Below are positions 56,267-64,000 of a DNA stretch of 64,000 bases, in pieces. The notes beneath the pieces are model-generated. The model saw only the letters and a program-made list of their open reading frames with translations. It made no database searches and was not told the DNA's origin. The DNA lies in contig CAVXPZ010000001.1 in the NCBI GenBank assembly GCA_963763775.1, positions 1,472,001 to 1,536,000 of the forward strand, given 5' to 3'. Both the position numbers and the translations under genes were made by a program. The number at the start of each line of letters is the position of its first letter. Positions within the stretch are counted from its first letter, which is position 1. Origin of the DNA: an uncultured Chloroflexia bacterium. Its GTDB lineage: Bacteria > Chloroflexota > Limnocylindria > Limnocylindrales > CSP1-4.

Positions 56267-57285
56267 CGGGTCTCCGGGGCGATGCCGGACGATTCCCGCA
56301 CGATCAGGCGGAGCTCGATCGACTCCGTGCGAGGCTCGCCACCCTCGATGAGATCGATCGCCATGGCGACGGCATCGGCGCCGATCCGCGCCGCCGGGAT
56401 CTCGACCGTCGTCAACGCCGGCTCGAGCATGCGCGCAAGCTCGATGTCGTCGAAGCCGACGATCGAGACATCGCGCCCGACCTTCAGGCCGCGCTCGACG
56501 GCCGCCTTGTACGCGCCGGCGGCGAGAAGGTCGTCATCACAGAGGATCGCCGTCGGCCGGTGTTCGATGTCGAGGAGCTGGCCGGCGGCACGACTCGACG
56601 ACTCGATGTCGAACCGGCTGGTGACCTGAGCCTGCGGGTCCAGCGGCAGTCCCGCTTCGTCCATCGCGGCGAGGTAGGCGCTGCGCCGTGCGTGGAAGGT
56701 CTCCTGGGCGAAGTTGGCACGCAGGTGGGCGATGTGGCGATGGCCGAGGCTCACGAGGTGCTCCATCGCCCGATGGGCACCGCCGTAGATGTCGAGCTCG
56801 ATGCTCGCGGCGTGCGAAGCATGCGCTTCCACCAGCACCACGTTCGCGCCCAGCCGCTGGACGTCCCGACTCGGCACCGGGTCGGCCGCGTAGACGATGC
56901 AGCCGTCGACGGCGCGAGCGGACATGATGTTCGCGAGCCAGTTGATCCAGTTCGGATCATCGCCGATGTCCAGCAGCATGACGGCGTTGCCGCGGGCTCG
57001 AGCGGCGCGCTCTGCCCCCAGCAGCACCGATGAGAAGAATGGGTTCGCGACATTGGGGACGACGAGAGCGATCGCGTGGGTACGCCCGAGACGCAGGTTG
57101 CGCGCGGTCGCATTGGGCTGGTAGCCGAGCTCCTGCGCGATGCGCAGCACCGAGTCGCGCTGTTCGTCCGAGATTCGCCCGTCCGACTTCCCTGTCATGA
57201 CGAGCGAGACGGCCGCCTGGGAGACGCCCGCCGCGCGCGCGACGTCTCTCCCGGTCACTCGACGCTCCGCCTTCCTGGATTGCAT
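56263..57285 (-). CDS. LacI-family transcriptional regulator
   Basis: DVARAAGVSQAAVSLV, LGYQPN, NPFF, GHRHIA, VSIVGFDD, LTTV. Confidence 0.93.
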   Translation of the reverse strand: MQSRKAERRVTGRDVARAAGVSQAAVSLVMTGKSDGRISDEQRDSVLRIAQELGYQPNATARNLRLGRTHAIALVVPNVANPFFSSVLLGAERAARARGNAVMLLDIGDDPNWINWLANIMSARAVDGCIVYAADPVPSRDVQRLGANVVLVEAHASHAASIELDIYGGAHRAMEHLVSLGHRHIAHLRANFAQETFHARRSAYLAAMDEAGLPLDPQAQVTSRFDIESSSRAAGQLLDIEHRPTAILCDDDLLAAGAYKAAVERGLKVGRDVSIVGFDDIELARMLEPALTTVEIPAARIGADAVAMAIDLIEGGEPRTESIELRLIVRESSGIAPETR

Positions 57286-57314
57286 CGGACCAGAGGGTAT
57301 CAAGCGCCCGACCG

Positions 57315-57767
57315 TCAGTCGCCACGACCGAGCGATGCCCCGCCGAACCCGAACGGCAGCCAGTCCGGGATGGCGCCCCAACGGACGCGATCCGTGGTCA
57401 GCGACGCGTTGATCACGAGCACCTCCGGACCGAACTCGGCCAGCAGCTGCCGACAGACCCCGCAGCATGACGCCGGATCCTCATCACGAGTCACCGTCAC
57501 GCACGCCCGGATGCCATGGGCTCCGCCGGACAGGGCCGCTCCGATCGCTGCTCGCTCAGCGCACAACGTCGCGGCGTAGGCCGCCAATTCGATGTTGCAG
57601 CCGCCGGTGATCGCCCCGCGATCGTCGAGCACCGCGGCACCCACTGGATAGCGCGAATACGGCGCCCGCGCATGGCCTGCTGACTCGACCGCCACCGCGA
57701 GCAGCTCCCCGATCGAGGGGAGCTGGCTCGCGAGGGTCGGGTCGGATCTGAACCCCTCGTGGATCAT
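57315..57767 (-). CDS. cdd: Cytidine deaminase
   Basis: APYSRYPVGAA, GCNIE, TLCAER, CCGVCRQ. Confidence 0.85.
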   Translation of the reverse strand: MIHEGFRSDPTLASQLPSIGELLAVAVESAGHARAPYSRYPVGAAVLDDRGAITGGCNIELAAYAATLCAERAAIGAALSGGAHGIRACVTVTRDEDPASCCGVCRQLLAEFGPEVLVINASLTTDRVRWGAIPDWLPFGFGGASLGRGD

Positions 57768-57771
57768 CTCG

Positions 57772-59404
57772 TCAGTCCGGCGGGATCTCGGCGTAGGCGA
57801 GGTCGATGTCGTACCCCTGGCGACGCCGTAGCGCCCGGCTGACGAAGTAGATGGCGATCCCGATCGGGAACAACGCGATGCTGCCCCAGAACATCCCCGG
57901 GTTCACGTCGATGTTCACGCCGGAGCCAGGGTCGCGCACCATGTTCACGACGAGCAACAGGGCGCCGATCGCACCGAGCACGCCGACGATCGTGAGGACC
58001 GGCACTTTCCCGATGAACCAGCCGACCGGCGACATCTCGTACAGGCTTCGGAACTTGTACGGGATGATCGCGGCCGCCAGACACGCCGAGCCCGAGGGCG
58101 CTGACCTGGCCGAAGGCACCGACCACGACCGTGAAGTAGCTCGTGTACGCCCAGGCCCAGGCGACCACGGCTGCAACGACCGTCACCAGGATCACCGCGT
58201 TGACGGGCGAGTTCGAACGCTCGCTGACCTTGGACAGGCTGTCCGGCACGACTCGGTCCATGGACCAGGCGAAGATGCACCGCGTCATGAGCAGGAGCGA
58301 CATCGCGACGGTCGGGAACAGCCAGGACGCGAAGCCGATGATGATCATCGAACCCGACGATCGGGTTGCCGCTGGCGATGGCCGCCGTCTGCATGAACGT
58401 CGGGGCGCCGGCCAGCCCGGTGGCGTCGGCGCTGGCGGCTGCCAGCGGCCCCGAGGAACGACTGGCCGAGGCGCGTTCACCGCCAGGAGGGCCACCACCA
58501 TCGCACCGACGAAGGCGATCGTGGCCGTGACCGGACCAGCCAGCAGCTGCGGGTCCGGGCAGACCTCACCTCGCCCGCGAAGTACGCGGAGCCCAGGTAG
58601 AACGGCATCGAGAACGCGGTCCAGGACACCGCCAGGATGGTGATCCCAAGATCGAACGGCGCAGCGGGTGCGTAGCCATTGGTGGCGGCGGACTGCGATG
58701 ACCGCTGCGGACGCGTGCTGCACGCCCGTCGCGGTCGCGACGTAGGCGTCGAATGCAGCGATCGTGTTGGCTGGGGTCGAGGTGATGAGCACGACCGCGG
58801 TGACGGCCAGCCCGATGAGGCTCACGACCATCGTGTACTTGAACACCTTCAGGACGGTCCTGATGTTGCCCAAGATGAACAAGAGCGCGAACCCGAAGAC
58901 GAACAGTTCACCGACGACGAAGATGGCGAACGGTGATGCGAGATCCGTCGACGCCTGCACCAGGCCGGGATTGTTCAGTTCGACCCCGAGGAACTGGGCC
59001 AGCGGCGACAGACCCCAGATGCAGAAGAAGTAGCCGGTCGACGTCAGGAACACCACGTTGAACAAGACGAACACGAAGTTCGCCGCGAAGCCGATCGATG
59101 GATGGATCGTGCGGCTGATGAACACGTAGTCGCCGCCGCTGCGCTTCATGACGGAGCTGGCGATCGCATACGTCCCGACGATCGGTATGGCGAGGACGAA
59201 GCCGATCGCCATCGTGAGGAAGATGTTCGCCCCTGGGTAGAACGCCAGAACGAGCCCGAGTATGAAGGCGAGCATGATCGGGAACGTCGCGACGTACATG
59301 TTGACGAACGACGCGTCCGTTGCCGAGGCTGCTCGCACCAGCCCTGACGACTTGCGGGCGAATACCGGGACGGCTCCCGTGCCAGACCCTACGCTGCTAT
59401 CCAC
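57772..59404 (-). CDS. APC-family permease, frameshifted
   Basis: FARKSSGLVR, RSGGDYVFISR, RCIFAWSMDRVVP, C-terminal IDLAYAEIPPD; many TMs across frames. Confidence 0.85.
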
Positions 59405-59431
59405 ATCCTCCTCCTCTCCTTCTCGACCGAC

Positions 59432-60358
59432 TCATGCCACGACCAACTGGCACTGCTCCACTTTCCCGGGCCTGACCTGGATGACCGCGCCGAGCAGCGA
59501 TCCCTGGTCGTACTCGCTCCCGGGGTTCACCACGGTAGATCCTCCGACCTTCACGACCCCGCGACTCTCGTGGATGTGCCCGTGAAGGCTGAGCAGTGGC
59601 TGGTACTGACGGAGGCCTTCGGCCACCGCGGTCGACCCGACCGGGATGAGATCCGGGGCGCCGGCGACGAGCTCGACTCTGAGGTCGTCCCCGAGCCGGG
59701 GCGCCACGTCGAGCCCTGACCCGTACGGAGGGACGTGGATATTCCAGATCGTCTGCGCCCGGTCGCCCGTCTCGAGGGCCTCCATGAGGAGACGCAGCTC
59801 AGACTCAGGCTTCTCGCGGTTCGTATGCCAAGGTGTTGGATTGCTCCATCCCACGCTGCCGAGCCAGAAACCGTCGATCTCGGTGATCCCGTCGGGCGGG
59901 CTGATCATCGGGCCCTCATTGAAGATGGGCGCGAGCTCATCGAAGTCGTCGTTACCGAGGCCCATGACGAGGCGGGTCGATGCCCCGATCCGGTCGCGGG
60001 CGAGCTGCACCCAGTCCCACGCTCGGCTGACGATCAGGTCGCGCAGCGTGTCCTCGACAAGCTCATGGGATGCTTGGAGCTGCGCCACGAACTCGCGATC
60101 GGTGCGGACGGAGTATGCCCCGTGGTCCGCGAGGCGGCCTTCGAGGGTGACGAGCTCCTCCTCCGTCGTCGCCTCGAAGTTGGCGCCCTGGAATGAGGCG
60201 CGCCAAGCGCTGGACTCGCGCACGATCGGCACGAGGTGCTTGCCCGCAGCATCGCCGCCCATGATCAGCCAGTCCGCCTTGTAGAACGCGGCCGCGTTCA
60301 GGAACTTCCTGAAGCAGCGGTTCGAGCCATGCAGGTCGCTGGCGAAGAAGATCCGCAT
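59432..60358 (-). CDS. Calcineurin-like metallophosphoesterase (Icc-related)
   Basis: DLHG, GGD, GNDD, HVPP, HGHIHE, NPGS. Confidence 0.88.
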   Translation of the reverse strand: MRIFFASDLHGSNRCFRKFLNAAAFYKADWLIMGGDAAGKHLVPIVRESSAWRASFQGANFEATTEEELVTLEGRLADHGAYSVRTDREFVAQLQASHELVEDTLRDLIVSRAWDWVQLARDRIGASTRLVMGLGNDDFDELAPIFNEGPMISPPDGITEIDGFWLGSVGWSNPTPWHTNREKPESELRLLMEALETGDRAQTIWNIHVPPYGSGLDVAPRLGDDLRVELVAGAPDLIPVGSTAVAEGLRQYQPLLSLHGHIHESRGVVKVGGSTVVNPGSEYDQGSLLGAVIQVRPGKVEQCQLVVA

Positions 60359-60394
60359 CGAACGCTCTGACGGGGGGTTGACTGGATACAGAGG

Positions 60395-60422
60395 AAGTTA
60401 TACGATTGACGTCCGATGTCAA
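60395..60422 (-). promoter_or_regulatory. Sigma70-type promoter with overlapping LacI-like operator candidate
   Basis: - strand TTGACA(60422-60417)-N16-TAACTT(60400-60395); imperfect CG-centred palindrome GTTATACGATTGAC at 60397..60410. Confidence 0.55.
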
Positions 60423-61205
60423 TCCCTGATCTGGATCGCTCGCTCAGCCGCAACGCGGCAGGTCATCGACGGCCTGTTCGCTGCGGCGGCGACCGGGTTA
60501 CCGCGGACGTGCTCGAGTGGTGGCACGTGGACGGCTATCTCGACGACGTGACGATCGCTCGCCGGTTCGCCGGCCACGACCAGCTCTACCCATACCTGGA
60601 TGGTACTACCGCGCCTGCCGGACCTCGACTTCACGCCGGCGCGAATTATCGTCAGCGGCGACCTGGCCTCGGTCGAGTGGGCCGAGCGCTGCCATCTGCG
60701 AGCGCGTTCGACGGCGTGGCGGCGGACGGGCGAGCTGCGTTTCCGGGCATGGACCTGTTCGGCATCCGCGACGGCAAGGTCGCCTGGGAGTCGAGCTGGT
60801 ACGGCGACGCGTGGATGCGGCGCGACTCGAGGAACCCACGAGGCCCGGATGCGCCGCCGCCGCCGCTCCCACGGCGCGGATCCTGGGAAGAGCCTTCGCG
60901 TCCCGACGAGCGGGGCGAGGCATCGAGCGCGGCGACGCGTGACGTCATCGACCGACTGTTCGCGGCCGAAACCGGGGACACCGCACGAGTGCTCGAGCTG
61001 GTGGGCGAACGACGGCGTTCTCGACGACGTGACGCTTGCGATGCGTGTGCGCGGACACGATGAGTTACGCGTGTACCTCGACGAGTACTACGCCGGCTTG
61101 CCGACCTCGACTTCACCCCCCGGCGCATCCTCGTGGACGGCCCATGGGCCTCGTGAGTGGGCCGAGCGTTGCCACCTAGACGGTCCGTTCTTCGGCGCGT
61201 GCTGA
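60416..61205 (+). pseudogene. Degraded tandem SnoaL/NTF2-like domain gene
   Basis: Duplicated segments (VIDRLFAA..LDDVT..GHD..YLD..Y..LPD..EWAERCHL) scattered over frames. Confidence 0.6.
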
Positions 61206-61892
61206 TGGGCGCGAACTACGGCTCCAGGCCGTGGACACGTTCGAGGTCCGTGACGGAAGGTGGTGTGGAGTCGGCTGGTATGGCGACGGCTGTTGATCGA
61301 TCGGCTCCGAAGTGCGGACCGATCCGAGCTGCCAGCGGAGTTGCGTTCGGAGTGTCGTGGGATGAGGAGCGTGGGCATGACAGAGCGCATCGAGTGGGTC
61401 TCGCGAACTGCCGATTGCTCGGGGTCGATCGCGACGAGTTCCAATGACACGCAGCGTTCGCAGGTAGGACGATCGGACGGCATCACCTAGAGCCAAGACC
61501 GTGGCGCTCCTCTTGCGTTGAAGGCGCGCGCACGTTCGTCCCAGCTTCCTCGCCCGCGAGAGCGCGGGCGCGATCGGAAGGGCTTGGCCCAGGCGGTCGG
61601 CGACCGCCTGCTCGAAGTCCTCGATCGGCATCTGCCACAGCGCTGATGCGTACGCGAAGAGCTGTCCGACGACCGCGCGACGTATCTCGGGGTTCGCGCG
61701 GAGCTTGCACTCGACGAGGAGCACCGAACCGTCGAGGCCGATGCCGACCAGGTCGGCCGGGCCCGCGCCCGTCTGGACCTGGCGCGCGACCACCATCGGA
61801 CCCGCTGACGCGCCAGGGAGGAGGTCAGGACTCGCGGCGAGCAGCTGTTCGAGCGCTTCCTCGTTGGGATACGCGCTGACCTCCGGGCGCAT
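61176..61892 (-). pseudogene. PD-(D/E)XK NucS-like nuclease domain, C-terminally degraded
   Basis: NEEALEQLL, GPADLVG..LLVECKL, AVVGQLFAYA; the 3' half loses coding character. Confidence 0.6.
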
Positions 61893-61940
61893 GCCAGGCT
61901 CCCTCACCGGCGCGGCGCATCAACAGCATCCCGTCCGACC

Positions 61941-62800
61941 CTACTCGCTGTCGCCGTGCGCGCGGCGCATCAGGTCGACGAGCAGCTCCTTGCTCTTGGC
62001 GAGATCGGCCTTCGTGAGCCGGATCCGGTACTGGCCGTAGCGCGCGCTGTACTCGAGCAGCTCGATGCCCGCGGTCTCGAGCTGCGCCTGCGTCTCCTCC
62101 GAACGCTCGACCCGGAGTTCCGCGACGACCCAGTCCTTGCGCGGCCTGAAGGTCATGAAGTTGTTCGGGTGGCCACCCTTCGCGAGGCCGATGTAGAACT
62201 TGTTGTACTTGAGCTCGAGCCCCGGATCGATCTCGCGGAGCCAGCCGAGCAGCTCGTCGATCATGCGCGAGCGTCTGCTTCGTTGCCGCGCTTCTCCCAG
62301 TAGGCGCGGTCGGTGACCTCGGCGATCTCCTCGTCCTCGTCGACGAGGCCGCGTTGCACCTCGTCGATCACCTTGCGTGAACACGAGCGAGACGTTCTCG
62401 CCGAGCCTGGATGGCGCTCAGCTGGATCGCGACGAGCGGGATCGCACCGTTGAACAGGCGCGATCACGTTCAGGAACCGGCTCGTGATGTCCTCGGCGAC
62501 GATGACGGCGGCGTGGTCGTACTGCGGGTAGCGCTTGCGCTCGATGTCCCAGTACTCGATGGTGCGGATGATGTGCGCCTCGTCGGTCTTGCCGAGCTGG
62601 ATCTCGACCTCGTAGCGGTGGTTCGTCTCGGCGTCCTGGAGGAGGAGGTCGAGACGACCGGCCGGGGCTGGATCCGCTCGCGGTCCTTGAGGACGAGGTC
62701 GCCGAAGCCCGAGGAGCGACGGGTCCTCGCCGATCCGATCCTGGAGCCAGCGCTCGTCGAGTTCGGGGTGGGTCTTGAGCCAGATGCGCTCGGGCTTGGC
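61941..62800 (-). pseudogene. NucS/DUF91-like endonuclease with DUF5655-like C-terminus; no start codon, frameshifted
   Basis: ERWLQDRI, GRLDLLL, YEVEIQLG, HIIRTIEYWD, AVIVAE; C-terminal LKYNKFYIGL; 5' end abuts the tRNA leader. Confidence 0.7.
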
Positions 62801-62808
62801 CCTCCCGA

Positions 62809-62884
62809 GCGGGAGTAACTCAGTTGGCAGAGTGTCAGCTTCCCAAGCTGAATGTCGCGGGTTCGAACCCCGTCTCCCGCTCCA
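62809..62884 (+). tRNA. tRNA-Gly (anticodon CCC)
   Basis: GCGGGAG/CTCCCGC acceptor stem, TCAGC-TTCCCAA-GCTGA anticodon arm, GGTTCGAACCC T-arm, encoded CCA; 76 nt. Confidence 0.97.
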
Positions 62885-63026
62885 CCTTGCTCTTGTGCTC
62901 AGCGCGGCACCCGACCGGGCGTCCCCTCTGAACTCACTCGTCCCTCGGGCTGGCGATGACGCCCGTGAGGCGATGCTCGCACCGACGATGGGCTGACCGG
63001 ATCGCTCGGCCAGCCGAGAGGGTTCC

Positions 63027-64000
63027 ATGACCGAGAGCGTCACGCCCGGCCCGCACGGACCGCTCGCCAGCGTCCTGGAGATCCGCCGGGGTCCCGATGA
63101 TGCGCACACCGGTGGCCTCGAGCACCGGGAGGCCCTGATCTACACGCTCGGCAAGGCCGCCGAGCTCGAGCACCTCGTGATGCTCCAGTACCTGTTCGCG
63201 GCCTTCTCGCTCAAGCAGAAGGTCGACGAAGGACTCACCACCGAGACGCTTGCCGCCGTTCAGCGCTGGCGCGCGACCCTCCTGGGGATCAGCGCACAGG
63301 AGATGCTCCATCTCGCGCTCGTCCAGAACCTGCTGACGGCGGTCGGCGCTGCCCCGCGTTTCGCCCGCCCGAACTTCCCGATGCCCGCCTACGCCTACCC
63401 GGCCGGTGTCCGGATCGAGCTGGTGCCGTTCGGCGAGGCCGCCCTCCGTCATTTCGCCTTCCTCGAGCGCCCGGACGGGATGGACGTCGAGGATGCCGAG
63501 GGGTTCGAGGCCATCGCGCAGGCCGTGGCCCTCCCGCACGAGGCGCACGACGCGATCGTCCCCCATCTCCTCGAGTTCGACACCATCGGCCAGCTCTACC
63601 GCTCCATCCAGGCAGGCCTGGCGTACCTGAACGAGCGGCTCGGGCCGGAGCGCCTGTTCATCGGGCCACCGGCCGCCCAGGCCACCGAAGCGCATTTCGG
63701 TTGGCCGGAGCTCGTTGCCGTCACCGACCTCCCCTCCGCACAGCGAGCCATCGACACGATCGTCGAGCAAGGCGAGGGCGCCCGTGGCGAGTGGCGCGAC
63801 GCCCATTTCGGGCGCCTCCTCGGCATCCTCGACGAGTACCTCGAGCTCAAGCAGGCGGATCCGACCTTCGAGCCGGCCCGACCGGTCGTCGCCGCCAACG
63901 TCCGGCCGCAGCCGAGCGGGGTCGTGGTGCCGTTGATCACCGATCCGGGCACGACGCGCGCGATGGACTTGCTCAACGTCGTCTACGAAGTCCTGCTCCA
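63027..64000 (+). CDS. Ferritin-like domain protein (VioB-like ferritin family), runs off window
   Basis: Manual translation: AAELEHLVMLQYLFAAFSLK, QEMLHLALVQNLL, FLERP, TIGQLY, IVEQGEG, HFGR. Confidence 0.8.
   Translation, partial: MTESVTPGPHGPLASVLEIRRGPDDAHTGGLEHREALIYTLGKAAELEHLVMLQYLFAAFSLKQKVDEGLTTETLAAVQRWRATLLGISAQEMLHLALVQNLLTAVGAAPRFARPNFPMPAYAYPAGVRIELVPFGEAALRHFAFLERPDGMDVEDAEGFEAIAQAVALPHEAHDAIVPHLLEFDTIGQLYRSIQAGLAYLNERLGPERLFIGPPAAQATEAHFGWPELVAVTDLPSAQRAIDTIVEQGEGARGEWRDAHFGRLLGILDEYLELKQADPTFEPARPVVAANVRPQPSGVVVPLITDPGTTRAMDLLNVVYEVLL

Noticed and set aside
50710-62884. CRISPR or integron attC interpretation of the repeats
   Set aside because: Spacing is kilobases, the repeats are tRNA sequence, and no cas or intI genes or attC-type structure were seen.
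62261-63109. ORF running antisense through the tRNA into the nuclease
   Set aside because: The upstream part is the antisense tRNA reading (WSGRRGSNPRHSAWEA...), a common spurious translation.

Overview
High-GC bacterial genomic window, probably Chloroflexota (inferred from gene content and leaderless promoters, not proven). Many otherwise intact genes carry single frameshifts, which suggests long-read assembly errors. The left ~34 kb is housekeeping-like: a CtaA-CtaB heme A/O synthase fusion, a split pyrimidine cluster (pyrR-B-C ... pyrK-D-E, with PyrR boxes over the pyrR RBS), lipB, a GalT-like protein lacking the catalytic His, an ECF sigma/anti-sigma pair and assorted enzymes. About 34-48.6 kb is a GntR-controlled sugar island encoding an apparently complete non-phosphorylative L-fucose-type (diketo-hydrolase) pathway, plus a LarA-family racemase, an ABC transporter and a GH42. 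The most striking structure is at 50.7-62.9 kb: four same-orientation copies of a tRNA-Gly(CCC) 5' region (two 5' halves, one decayed full-length copy, one intact gene). They delimit three cargo segments with no integrase, and two of the borders cut through genes. The largest segment carries an uncharacterised metallophosphoesterase-APC permease-cytidine deaminase-LacI-nucleotidyltransferase operon.
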